Assembly (NCBI GenBank): GCA_051362555.1
Contig: CM120644.1
Location: forward strand, 16,142,534-16,206,533
Length of the DNA stretch: 64,000 nucleotides
DNA from: Lingula anatina
Lineage: Eukaryota > Animalia > Brachiopoda
Reading direction: 5' to 3'
Position numbers and translations under genes: made by a program. The notes under the pieces were generated by a model. It was not told the DNA's origin. It ran no database searches and worked only from the letters and a program-made list of their open reading frames with translations. Shown in pieces: positions 1-14,100 of this stretch (within the stretch, counting starts at the first letter, position 1; the number at the start of each line of letters is the position of its first letter).

Positions 1-75
1 TTCATCAGCTCTGTAAATATAAAGCCAAAAAGTAAAACTGCCTTCCACTTATCGTGTTTACAAGGAAAGTGCACG

Positions 76-124
76 GCGACGGCATCGGCATCGGCATCGC
101 CATCGGCGACGGCGACGACAGACG
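76..124. repeat. (CGGCAT/CGGCGA)n hexamer repeat in intron
   Basis: cggcgacggcatcggcatcggcatcgccatcggcgacggcgacg; CpG-rich patch in an AT-rich intron, possibly the core of an interspersed repeat. Confidence 0.7.
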
Positions 125-264
125 CAGGTGATGGCAATATGTACAGACACATCTGTGTCTGTACATAAAAAGTCATTCACATAACTTTTATAAGATAAGA
201 GACACAAAGTATTAATTATACCATCAGGTTTGAGCAGGTCCTTACCACCATAAATCATACAAAT

Positions 265-396
265 CAGGGATGAGACTTTTTAGCAACAAAAAAGTGTAAA
301 ATCCTCCAATAGTTGGATAATTCTCATTACTGCCAATGATATTTTTGGCCTCCAAAAAGTCAGAAATTTACCAATGTTCGGAAAAATTGCATCCTG
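265..396. mobile_element. Degenerate intronic MITE (132 bp)
   Basis: CAGGGATG..CATCCTG termini flanked by ACAAAT direct repeats (259-264, 397-402). Confidence 0.5.
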
Positions 397-447
397 ACAA
401 ATTAATTAATAAATTAATTAACATATGGTCAGTCAGCGGTCACTCAC

Positions 448-2565
448 CAGGGCACACTTGGTCTCACAGCTAGTGACTTGTCTCTGGACAGTGGCTGGAG
501 TGCCAGCGACACATTCGTAGGACTCGCATGGCTTTCCTGGTACCTTCCATGTCTGACCAATCTGTTATAACAAAGTGGAAATATTTAAGTGTCAATTTTA
601 AAATATGCAAAAATATGAAAAAAAGTTAATAAATACAGTTTTTGGCTTAACTTAACTTAAAACTGGAACTTTACCAAATACCAGTAAATTCAAAGCAGAG
701 CCAGTAAAAATTTTGTACATTTTGTTCTGTTACTGGTCATGCACAGTTTCTGCTCTGAGACTGATTCTCAGACCCTGGTGCTCTGAGGAGCCATTTAATA
801 GACTAAAAGATTTGGCATAGTTTGTAAACAAGTGCTAAAGTTAAATTCAATTAAAATACCTTCAACATATTTCAACATGAACCCCCTGAAACCCAAATAT
901 TGGTATAATATCTCAAAATTAAATCCCAAAATACCCTTTCAAAAAAGTGCCTTTAATGAGAATTGTTTATTTCTGGATAAAACTATTTCTCCTGTCTTGT
1001 AAACTGCTGACATTTAGCCATATCAACAAGAGTTACAAGTAATGAGTCAATATCCCCATTATGTCTTTACCTCATATATTTTCACCTCGCCAGAGGCCAT
1101 TGTAAACTTGCACTTGTTCTCTGGGACAACTGAAAATGAAAAACCTCTTGTTAGTCACCAATGTCTAATTGACAATTACAAAATTATTAACTAAAGCAAA
1201 ATGTTTTTTCTATACTTAAAAGAGGGCATGAAAATAAATAACCAAGGAATGAACAGAATTTGAATGTTATGGAAGAATCATAATGATGAAAAATTGATGT
1301 CATAATCAACCTCATATCAATTAATCATGATTGCACCATAATTTAAGCAACATAATTTAATGGTAACTTACCACAATCGACTTCATACTTGAGGCAGCCA
1401 CATTCGTCAGCCACACTCTTGGCAATAAAACCCTGGGAATGGAGAAAAATTATAATTAATGTAATTGTGCAGTTCACAATGTACTGTGCAGTTAGGCAAT
1501 TTACATAAAGAGATCCTTACAAAAATGATAACTGCAAAAGAAACGATAATAAATCAAACAGATTACAGATTTGATTGATGTATACTAGACACTACAGTCT
1601 TAATTTTTTTTAATCAGAAAAAACAGTTTGATAAGCAAAACCATATTAAAATGCTCTACAAGAACAAGAATATGTAATATATTATATGGTCAGTGATGGC
1701 TACTTACTGGTCTGCAAGTTGGTGCTGGAGATGGTGGGCAGTCCTTGAGTGGTGGACACTCTGAAAAGGGGCAAATAATTTCCTTTTTAGTCTAATATCC
1801 AACAATTAAAAAAACCAAGCATCTCTCATTAATGTCAAATCAATTCTTACAATATACAGGGAGAAATGTAACTTCCATTAATTTTTTTCCCCCGAAATGT
1901 TGTCTGCAGTGTCAATTAGAAAAAAATGGGACATAATTTACTGTTATTTAAAAACTTACAAATCTTGTCCTTCTTTGAAATAACTTTGTTGTGTAAAATA
2001 TATGAACAGTTAAGAAAAATTCACTTACTGCATTCGTATGTTGGACAACATTCATCGTTCTTGGCCAAGTAAGCACTCATTGGTGCGGCGCAGGCGAAGT
2101 TGGTCTTTGGACACATCTCACGTTTGCAGACGACCTTGTAGATGTCACAGCAGCCGTCAGTGGTCTTCTGGAGAATGGCTTCCTCTCCTGGTTTCAGGTT
2201 AGGCTTCACCAGTGGGAGACATCTGATGTTGGCACAGTCTGGAAGTACAAAACGAAGATTTACTAAATCATTGGATCGGAATTCCACGGAAGCTACAAAG
2301 TTTTCAGGGATGTAGTGAGGAAAAAAGCCCTAAAGGGAAGAACAGAAGAAATTTTATGTCTCCACATCCTTGCCCCCTTTTTTTTTTTTTCGCAAAGTTC
2401 ATACAGAAATGCAGATGCTACTTTCAACCTTATTCTTTCACTGTTTCACAAGAAAAAAATGTATTACAAATAGTTATTTTTCATAATATGCATAGCTTGA
2501 TAGTTTTTTTAAATATCTCTACTTACAAGGTGTGGGTCTTGGGGTAGGCTGTGGTGTTGGTGCAG
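448..2565 (-). CDS. C-terminal VWC-like cysteine-rich modules (exons 76-81); gene truncated by the window edge
   Basis: [49 protein letters not shown]; no stop codon reached within the window. Confidence 0.8.
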
Positions 2566-5500
2566 CTGAAATCACAAAAATAAAATCCATAAAACACTTA
2601 ATCTTTTAAAGTGGTGTTACTTATAAGGTAATAACTTGAGTAATTAACTCTAACTTATCTTTCAATAATACATACAAATATATATATATTCTGATCTATC
2701 AAGTCTTCATTTGGTATTTGATTGACAAACACTTTCAAAACTGACAACAAATATTTTTTTTCCAAAGAATACTGTAGGTGTCCCATCCCATATATTATCA
2801 TAAATAGGAAATCATTACAACAGTTCATCTATTTGATACAACTGTAGCCACTGTCAAAGGGATCAGTCTTAAATCAGTCAGTTTTTAAATCCCCAAATCC
2901 CCATTTATGCCTGATGACCAGGCACCAGCTTCTTTTATGCCCTTCACATGATATCTGCATGTGTGTCTATGTGCGTGCTACTTACGACAGTCCTCAACCT
3001 TGACGCAAACGCCGGCCTTCATGACGTAGCCGTCCTTGCAGTAGCAGCCATCAGCTGTCGCTGTGGTGCATGGCGTGCTGTCGAAAGTAGCCATGTTGTC
3101 GCATGTCTTGACGCATGATGGTCCGCACTCCTTGTACACCATGTTGTTGTTGCAGATGACAGCTGTAAAAGAAGGGGTAAAACATAAATCTATTTCATGA
3201 TGGTCTTAATACAAGCAGGAATGAAAAAATCTGTCAAAATATCTGAATAATCCTCAAATACTACAAGACAAAATGTCTAAAAGGAACCTACATAAAAATA
3301 AAGTACAAACACCGAATTTATGAGATATCCAACAGTTCACCTACATTTAGTCCAACTACATGTAGTATATTTGATGAAAGTTGATAAATCTAAAGTTAAA
3401 ATGAAATTATCAAGTCACTTCAACTTATTCATATATATCACTTATTTATACAGTGTATTTTACTATGTATATTTTCTCTTAATTTACGCAACACAAATTC
3501 AACTTACGGCACAGATCTTGAGTTCTCCAGTCCAGGCACACACCGGCCATGGCGCAGGCACGTGCATACGCGGTCAAAGAGTCGCAAACACCCTTCTGTT
3601 TCTCATTACCACACTTGGTATCGTAGATACAGTTCTCGAAGTACTTAGCTGGGTTGACGAGAGCATGACAGGCCTTGAAGCTGTTGTCGTAGACACGGTT
3701 GCACTCCAGCGCCCCCTGTGGAGAGGTGCAGGTCTTGTTGACGACGGTGCACTGTGCAGAGTTGTCGGCGGGTGTCTCGAGCCAGGTGAGAGCGAAGTCG
3801 TGGGCCTTGGCCTTGAGGGTCTTGTCTCTGGCCATGAAGTCGTCTGCTCTGCTGTGGGTACAGGTACCTGATGGGCAAAAAGAACATACAAGTGTTGACT
3901 GAAAGTATGATAGAGAATCTTAAATATGAATAACTATGAAACTGTCTTAAATATGACAGAGGATCTTAAATATGAATAACTACAATACTGAAACTAACTG
4001 ATAAAAAAATTCTCAGTCAAAATTAACCACAATTTAATGATAATTTCTTTCAAAAAAAAAAAAGAAAAAAAAAGAAAAGAAAAATGTTAGCTTACCACAC
4101 AATCCTTCGGTCTTGTTGAAGTAAGCAGCAGACGGCAATTTGACCTGGAAGCCGTGGTTCAGTTCGGAGAAGCGGACCTCGAGATGGAGAGATGGCACGT
4201 TGAGCACGTAGTGGGTTCCCACGCGTTTCAGCGTCATGGTGCTGGTGATGTGCGGCAGGGAAGAGCGGCTCATGAGGGAGCCGTCATAGAGCACCTGAAA
4301 TTTCAGTGGACATTTGCTGTATAAGAACATATCATGAATGCAGAAAAATATACAAACAAATTATTGATAATTTAATGGTTGTGATAAATAATGGAAAGAA
4401 TGGATTGAGAAACAAGTCATTCTTGCAGTGAAAAGTGATGCAAATACTAATTTACATGTCTGAAAAACACAATAACTTAGTACTGATTAACCTTCTACTA
4501 TTCTTTATAAAACAAAATGAGAATTATACTAATTAACTTTATTTCATAATGTATGACTACACTTGGTCAACCATTATTTACGTTTTACTACTCAGTTCAT
4601 ACAAATAAAAATAAATAAATAATCTAGAAAACAGGAAAATTAAATGAATTAATAGCACTTTAGTCATATAATTCTTTAAAAAGTCCCTAGCCAGAAACAA
4701 ACCTTGTTGTTTGGCCTGAATTCCACAGCATGGCCGCTGAACTTGACAGTCAAGCCCTGAGTGCAGGCAGTGGCTGGGGTCTCGGTGCACTTCTCGTTGT
4801 GAGCGAGCACCTCGAAATCTGTGTGTGCGGTATCACGTGCCAGAACGTATGTGCATGTGCCTTGGAATGGGAAGTAGGAGCCGTCGAAAGTGACGTAGTG
4901 TGGGTCTCCATAGCCGTAGCAGACACCTGTGGATGGATAGAAATGGAAATTAAGTAATTTAGGCTCGAAAAACAAACTCGAAAATACATTTTTTTTCTTT
5001 TCTACATCACAAACATTAAAATCTTATCAACTTTAGTTATGACATTTTAAACTTACAATATTTGCAAAGAGACAGTAGATGAAACACAAAAATTCTGGTA
5101 TTGTTTGTTTTTTATCTGAAAAAATAATAGAATACCTCCAGCATACCCTTTTAACATTCCAGAAAAACAAAACATGAAAAAAATAAAATAGGTAATTCCA
5201 AAATTCTTTCAGTCCCTTACATATTCTATTCTATTCTAGTTAGCTTGAAATCTGTTCATAACATTTATAAATTTCTCAAAACAAAAAGAGGACAAGAAAA
5301 TAAAAAAATTCAAATATACTTACAATCCTCGCAGCTGGTTGGTGCGACGCATGTGTCTCCCTTCTTCACCAAGCCAGGCTTGCACTGGCATGCAGGAACG
5401 CATGGTACGTTGCATGCTGCGTCCTTCTCGCGGTAGTTAGAGCACGTGCTTGGGCATCCGCTGGCGCACTCGCTCCAGATCATGTCTGGTGGGCAGGTCT

Positions 5501-8162
5501 GGACAGCTAGAGGAGAAAAATGTTAATTTCCATAACCTTAAATCAAATAATTTCAGCCTTTGACACCGGCCATTTTTATTTTTAAATTATGAGCTTGATC
5601 AGAAGCATGTCTTCTAGTGCAAATCATATTTTTGAAGTGCTGACTGTCTTTTCATGAATGATTCAATTGTGTCATTCCCAAAAATCCATAACTCCATTTT
5701 TAAAGATTCATTTTCTCAATGGCACTTTGTACATGAAACAAATGTGATGTAACAAAACAGATTTTAAATCCATGTTTTACTTCATTTTTACTTCAAAGCA
5801 ATGCTTATAAAATTACTCATAAGGTGCCTGCTAGTATCTTTAACTTACCACAGCCAACAGAGATCTGCCAGTTGTCAACAGGCTTCTGGTTCATGGCGCA
5901 TGCACGCATGTACTCGGAGTACACGTCGCACTTGCACTGGTCTAGACCGTTGATGCCGTTGCTCTTGATGCAGTTGCACATGTCAGCCTCGCAGACCTTG
6001 ACGTACCATTCAACTGGCACAGAGGCATGGCAGGCAGAGAATGGTGATTTCCTGGAGAGGAAAAATATGAGATTTAAAAAGATATTACATGCTCTATGCT
6101 AAAATTAAGAGTCATCACTAAAATTAAAACATGAAAGAATTGAAAGGAGACTGCAAAATTTTTGATGGTAAAAAAACTAGTTATCAAATAGCAGTTTTTC
6201 TAAATGCTACTGGATAGGGTTAACATTGGTGATTTAGAAAATATTGCTCAAATGTCCAGTAAAAATCATTTGTTTTATGAGATAGGGGTGTGATTCCCAT
6301 CTCAACCTTTTGCTAACTTTCAGAACAATAACTTTTGTTAATTACTAGAATAAAAAAATAATTTACAAAATTTTAAAAAATGAATTGCGGAACAACGATC
6401 TTTATTTCCTACCTGAGTTGAGCACAGGTCTGTCTTGCTGCCTCTTTCTGTTCCATGGTGCACACTGGCGCAGGTGGGCAGAATGTCCTGGAGCCCCAGC
6501 TGTCACCGAAGGTGTTCACGCTGGCCACGTAGGTGCCATCCTTCTTCTTAAAGTCATCATCAGGCTTGCCGTTAGCATCTCCGCAGAGACCTTCCACCTT
6601 GCCGAACAACTGACTGCCAATCTGTGGAAGATGTTTGCAATATTACCAATTTGGTATTTCTCTATTTTTATGTCAGATGGTGAAATTACCATCATTAAGT
6701 AGTAGAATACATACAAACTTGGTAAGTGATAAATCTGTAACTTTAATAATAACTATAGTTTCACAGCTGATTACCAAATTACAAATACAGTTAAATTTAT
6801 TCAATGACTTTTGTGTAAAATGTCCACAATGAATGGAAATTGTTTGCAACATCTTATTGTACCAAGTCAGGTAGGGCCCCTGAAGAATATAAACAGTCTA
6901 AAAAATTGCATGTGTCAAAAATTTCTTTCTTTTTTTTTTCAGCTTTACCATACACCCCCTATCTCAACTTGTAGCAAAACATCTTAGTTCCACACCCTAA
7001 AATAATAACTTCAAAAATACAAATATAATCCCATCAACTTACCTGGATGTCTGTCTGGTAGCGCTTGCCCCAGCTGACGATGACGCCAAACTCTGGGATG
7101 GTTGCGACCATTTCTTCTCCGACAGCAGCAATGGACATGCTTCCCAGGGTCTTACTGAGCTGCTCAAGCTGATATGGCATGTAGATCTGTCCGTCAACCT
7201 CAACCATCTGTCCGTGGCGCAGTTTGATGAGTTTTCCGTCCAGGGTGATGTGGAGAGAGCGTGTGCATTTGGCACGGTCCATGCCTCCGTCAACTGGGCA
7301 GTGGAGTTGAACTGAAAATATCAATATTTGTGGTTATAATAAGACTATTATTATTCTAATTTGTGTATCATCTATTATATTTTGTAGTTTAGGTCAAGAG
7401 TAGGCAAATATATATCACTTAATCTGGTTGAGCTCATTTCAAAATAAAAATTGAATCCAATCTCACCATCGATGTTCAGTCTCTTCATTGCCATTTCACT
7501 GACCAAGGTGTGCTTGCAAATCTCATAGTTGTACTCCTTGTTGTCAAAGGTCTTGAACATGTTCTCACTGAGGTGACACTTCTTGGGGACTGGAAAAATG
7601 GAAAAAAAAATTATAATCTACATTTTATTCATGTTCTCTCACAGTATATACAGTAGTTGTCAAAAATTTTGAACAAGTCAAGTCAACTTGACTGTATAAA
7701 AACAAATCATTATCCCTGCAAAACTTTTGGTCTTATTTGCATTTAATAAAAATATTTTGTGAATTGGAATACTTTTTGAAATAATCAGAAATTAAAAATA
7801 ATAATAGTAGCTGCTACAGGTTCTAATTCTAGTTGATCTACTTGTATTGCAGGGGCATATACTCATATATAGTACAAGTATATATAAGAGTATATGCCCT
7901 GCACTTCAAGTAGATCAACGAAACCAAAGCTACTGTACAAATAACTTACCCTTTGGTATCTCTGGTGTTGGTGCAGGTGGCGTGGGTCCTGGTGTTGGTT
8001 TGGCTTCCGTGGTGCGGGGTGGCTTGGTTTTGGAGACAGGTGATGCCCCCTGGGTGATTCTGCTGGTGGTGGGTTCTGGAGCAGGGGTGGTGTGTGGTAG
8101 TTTGGGTGTGGGCTCTGTAAAAACATAATAAATATTTATATATTTATATATACATACACAAG

Positions 8163-8196
<34 letters not shown>

Positions 8197-11100
8197 TGTC
8201 AATGTTTGTGTTTCTTTGTTAAGGCAAACACAAGCACCTAGACAGGACAGCATTCATTAATCAATCCAGCAAAGCCAATCAATTAATTTACAAACAAGCT
8301 TTTTTTCTAAAGATAACCATTTATGGTTAAGATCAGAAATCACTGGAAATTTGGAATGGTATATATTGTGATTAAGTTGGAGAAACAATATCATTGTAAA
8401 TACTCACCACACTTGACCTCATCATCGTTGCAGTCCCATTTGCCATCACACACAAGGGATTGTGGGATACACTCCTTGGTGGTCTTACAGAGGAACTGTC
8501 CACTAGCGCAGCCAGTGCAGCGGCAGTTACACTGGGCATCCAATTCCTGAACTTCATTCTGAAATATGACAGAATTTTTGACTTGTTTTAGTTTGTACCA
8601 CAGGCACTGCATATATACGAGGGTAAAGGTGTTACTGTTGGGGTGTCCCTTTCAAAGCTTTAGCAATTTTCACCTTTTTCTCTTAGTTGGTTTTTCTGAA
8701 TTATGGTTGAGATATATAGCTTTCAATATTTTTATTGCTTAAAATAATTATGATACCAAAATAAATTTCTACTTTCTTCATTCTGAGTCATGTGAGCAAG
8801 TACTTAAAGGAAGGTTTATAAACAAATAATATAGGCAGTTAAATAAGTATTAAATTGAAGATTATATAATGCCATTAATTATTTTGCAAATTCAATTTCA
8901 TTTAAAGGACAGCACTTAATTTGCCAGATAATCCCAAAGGGATAAATATAAAATAAAAGAATAAAAAGAAACTGTCACCTACCTCAGCACAAGCTGTTGG
9001 GCAGACCTTGTTCATACACTTGAGGACCCCGCTGGCACATGTGCACGTCTGGCACTGGTCATTGGTCATGAATTTGCCAGGCTACAAGAATAATGGACAA
9101 TTGTACGATACAATGATGTTGAACAAACTGATCTTACCTTTTTTGTTTTAAAAAAGAAATGCCACAATATTACCCAAACTGGAGCATTATTTTATAATTT
9201 CTTTTTGAAGGTTCTGCATAATTCAACTAAACACTGACAAGTTATTAAATTGAAATGTGTATTATATGTACACTGTATTTGGACAAGAACATGCAGGCCT
9301 GTAGCCGGGGGGGGGGGGGGGGGGGGGGGGGTCGGGGGGTTCAAAAGAACCGCCCCTTTTGCTGGGAAAAGGTCCACTCTGGGTAAAATTTGATCTAGGT
9401 ACATGAAGTTTTTATGGGAAAAGGTCCACTTTTTCAGAAGAAGAACCCCCCTTTTGAAATTGCTGGCTACGATCCTGACATGGTCAGTGCACCAAACCCT
9501 ATATCCACTTACATAGATGTGCTTGGTCACTCCACCACTGACCACAATGCATGGACACTGCTCTGGTGGCATGCAGGTGTGTCCATCACACACTTGACCG
9601 GCTGGACAGCCATCAGCTGGACAGCTGGAAGAGTCCTTGACTCCCTGGCAGAGTGGGATGGGAGATGGGGTGGAAGGCTGTGAAGTGGGTACTGAAGAGG
9701 AAGAAAGATTTTAAAAATTAAAACGGGGATATGACAAGAGAGTGCCTGAAAAATAGGAAAATCTTCCTGCTTTCCAGATTTCCCCCCCAATATTGGATGA
9801 TTTTGCACAAATTCTGGCAACTTTCTAAGCCCCCCTTTTTTTTAATAAAAAGGACAATACCCATCAAAAAGAAGAGAAATTCCATCCTTTCGTGTATATT
9901 ATCATAATACACATAATATGGACACACTTCAATCAATGGTTGAATCAAATGTTATAAACCAAAATCAATAATTACAGAAATATCTAGTCAAATACACATA
10001 AAATTGACATAATTTCATGACATGTTATTATGTACCTATATATTAAAATATTGTGTATGTTTAGACTATTTTCATTCTAAAAAAATAAACCTTGTTAACA
10101 AAACTAGAAACATTATTAACAAAATTATAAACTTACCACACTGTGGCTTGGTCTCATCAATGCATCCAATGCGTACTTCGTAGTCATAGCACATGGCGTT
10201 GTTGGCCTGGTCCTTAGAGTCGCACTTCATTCCCAACCATGTGTTACAGAGAACCTTCTGGTCTGTCTTGTCATGGGCCACCTAGTGGTAGAAGATCAGA
10301 CTGTATAAGTGAATGTAACATAATGCAATATACCATAATAAATATTTGGTCCTTTGGTACACATTATGTAATGTAAGATGGCGTGTAAATTATGTAAATT
10401 TTTCAACTTTTTAAAAATTTAAACCATCGCTTGAAATTTAGACTTCAATTGATTTGAATTAATATTAGTTTAGTTATTTATTAATTTGTTAATTGTTATC
10501 CTTTGAAATGTGAAAGTCTTCCTTTGTTACAAATGCAATCATAAGTTTCATTAAGAACCACAATCCTGAGGTTAAAATATCCGAAATGAAATGTTTTAAC
10601 TCAAAACTATCAGCGTTCGTTTATTTACCTTGTCAGTGACACGGCGACACTGGATCTCCATAGGCACTTGGCAGACAGGTGTCAGTGACAGCACGTCCTC
10701 GATGGCCTCACGATCAGAGCCGAAGAGAGCCTTGTCGCTGTTGACCCAGTTACCCCAGACTGTGCAGTCATCTGTAGTCAGAATATGAAATGATTTACGC
10801 TTGACCAAAAAAGTTTGGAAACAAGTATTTATTTTTCCATAATTAAAAAAAAATTATAATGTATTGGTATTACCGTACAAACTTACCCTTGGGTGGCTCA
10901 GGTGTGCTGACAGGTTTGGTGACAGGTGGTAGGGTTGGGGTTCCAACAGTGGGGGTTCTGGCTGTGGGTGCTGTAATATAATTGATAACGTGTAATAAAT
11001 AGTTATTCACAGAAAGTGTTATCTCTAAACAGGATTAAACCAGTACAGCGCATGCAGGTAAACACAATTGTAATATTGTGTCCCTTTGTTATCAATGTTT

Positions 11101-14100
11101 TTTCATTACTTGTACCTCTTGTGTAAAGTTATGGTGATGAAGTAAATGATTTCTCAATTTCAACCTAACAATCTATACTGCTTTAGTCACACAATGTGGC
11201 AGCTAAAACACTAACGTAATACAGTGTACCACTTTATTAATAGATGGCAGCACAATCCCACTTACTCTTGCCGGTATAGCATCCAACAACTTCGAATCTC
11301 ATGGCGATGGCATTGTGCCAGGTCTGTGGAACAACGCGGATGAACTGTGCCCTCATTGGGATCAGGAACTTGTTGTAGACAACAGTGTCACTGTCAGAGT
11401 TGCCAGTGAAGATCTGGAAAAGAGACATGGTGCATATGTTTATATATTTTTGTAAATTTTTATCTTCATCTCATTTCTTTTATATATGTTTTTATCTTCA
11501 TATTTTTCTTTTATGTTTTCATCTTAATTCTATCGCTTAATTCGAGTATATGTATATAATCACCATTTCTATCCAGTTTTTAAACTTGAACCTCGCAATT
11601 TTTAAATCTAATTAAAATAATTAGATAAATGAAGAACAGGTTTATATTAATTATTAATCATTATTGTCACAATCATCATTATACTATAATTATAAACTTC
11701 ACTATTACTATTATCATTATCTCTATTTCCTTACCTTGTCCACAGTTCCTTCACGGTAAGTGTACCAGTGAACGCCATCAGAGGAGTAGTTGACCTTGAA
11801 AGACTCGACCCAGTTAGGTTGTCCATAGCGACCCTGGGTGGCGATGCCGTGAATGGAGCCTTCCTGACGGAAGTCAATCTGGATCCATTGGTTCTTGTCA
11901 TTGGTGGCTGAGGTAAGACAAGAAAGGGAGCATTAGCTTGTATAATAAATAAACTGAAGTGAATAAAAAGGGACCACAGGTGTAATTGAACAATTCAAAA
12001 TGATATCCTTTATATACATGTAGATATTTAGCTTTTTGAAAAAAAAAATCAACTACTGCTCAAAATTATTAAAAGAGAATTCATCATTTCAGATAATTTA
12101 ACTGTCACTTTATAAATATACACAAATACACGTACCTCCGAAAAGGAAAAAACGCAAAGTCATCTGAACCATAAATCTCAAGTTTTTTATTAACTTTACA
12201 CAAAAGTTTTAATCTGTAAATGTTAAAAACTGTTAAAAAAAGACCACCAATAAATTTCACATTTTTTTTTATTTGCATACATCTATAACTTATAAAATTG
12301 ATTCCCAATAATATTTATATCTCCTTTAATCAGTAAATATTCGAAATGATAAAAACAATGTCAGCTTACCTGCAACCCATCCTCCCTTGCCTCTGAAGCT
12401 GTCGACGAGGAAGAGACGTGCACGTTCTGGTCCGGAGGTCTTGTCGCGGGATCCAGAAGACGTGAACTGATCATCAGTGACGATGTTGCTGTCGTTCAGA
12501 CCCATTGGGTCAGAGCATTCAGGGACTGGAGTTTTAGGGAATTGGGGTTAATTTAGGTTGTTTTATTTTACATTTGTGCAATTTGCACAAGCCACCATTG
12601 AAATTTATATACCTCTTGAAAATTTCGTTGGAAGACAATTCTTCGCAGATATTTTTCTTTTCACTTTGAAAATCTTGTCAAACTTGAAAATGGGCCACAT
12701 CAATAATTTTGAAAAGTTTTTCACCTAATCTGTTTGCGTCAGATTGATGCACTTCAAAATATTAATAAAATTTAAAGTGATGAAGTTTTCAAGTTTTTCC
12801 CTTACCATTAACTTGAGGCAGCCAAGAGAGTTTGTAAAATGATGGGTATATATCAACTAAATATCACTTTTTGGTATATCATCGCACAAGCACTAACTTA
12901 CTTTATTATAACAAGAACTGCAGCACTTTAAAGCCCATCTGTGAGACAAAACGGGTAAATTTGGTTTCAAATTTGATTTTTTTCTTTTTCTTTGACTTTG
13001 TAAATATTGGAATGCAAAAAGTAATTACAATTTTAGCAACTGTTGAGATGAAACTCTTATTGGAACTAATTTCCTAGACTTCTAGAGTTTTTTTTTTAAC
13101 CAACACGTACAAACACATTTTAACAATCTCTTTCTGGGCTAAATACAGAAATAGATTCAAATCAATGTGTGCTTTAATCATCTCAATTGGATGTTTATCC
13201 ACTTCAAAGTCTGTCATGTGATTTTCTAAAACCAATTCAAGATCAGCAGTGAGGCTATCTCAATGGTGACTTAAGCAAACAGCACCAACGAACCACAACA
13301 ATAGGCTATTGGCATGTCACAGGAAAACATCATGTCGATTCTATTCCAGAAACTTATATTGTGCATTGGAATGTGCTGATGAAAATTTTAGATGGACCAG
13401 CAGAATTGATTTAATATTGATATCTCAATACAGGAATATTTGAGGAACCAAGAAGGGACATTCCACAAAAAAGGAAATAATTGAGTCATGTCAGTGACAC
13501 ACATTTTGTTTAATATTTGCATAATTTTGACTTGCACCATTATTTTCATTGTTTTATACTATAGAACCCTAAAATCTAGAAAAATCAACAGTAATTCAAA
13601 AGGGGATATAAAACACCTTAAACTACTTGAAATTAATAAAAATAGTAAACTTACATAGAATGACAACATTGAGAAAAGCAGAAATACACCAAGACAAAGA
13701 ATTGAGAGCATTTTAACTCTTAGTATTAGCATCTGGTATGGCGAGGCTAAAGTGGAGGAGCGAAAAAAACTTCTTTAATATAACTGGGTGAAATCTCCTC
13801 CAACTGGATGGTATCATGAAAGACAGAATGGGGAAAACAAGAAAAAGAATTATGGGAGATCCCACCCATCCACCAAACTAGCAAAAGTAAACTAAGCTGA
13901 CTTTTGAGGGCAGTAGTTTTTATCCCGAAGCAGTATCAAATTCTAATTCCACTTTTATGTCTTATTTATTAATATTTAAATGTTCATTTGTTTATTTCAA
14001 TTTTTCATTCTCAAAGGAAAATGATTTGGAATGCAAACTTATATTTATGTATTTATTGGTTGAATTAATTCTTACCTGTGCAAAGCTGGTTTAGTCAAAA

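Noticed and set aside
1-12. Possible next exon start at the window edge (ttacag|AGCTGATGAA)
   Set aside because: The phase-0 reading hits TGA at the second codon; too little sequence to call
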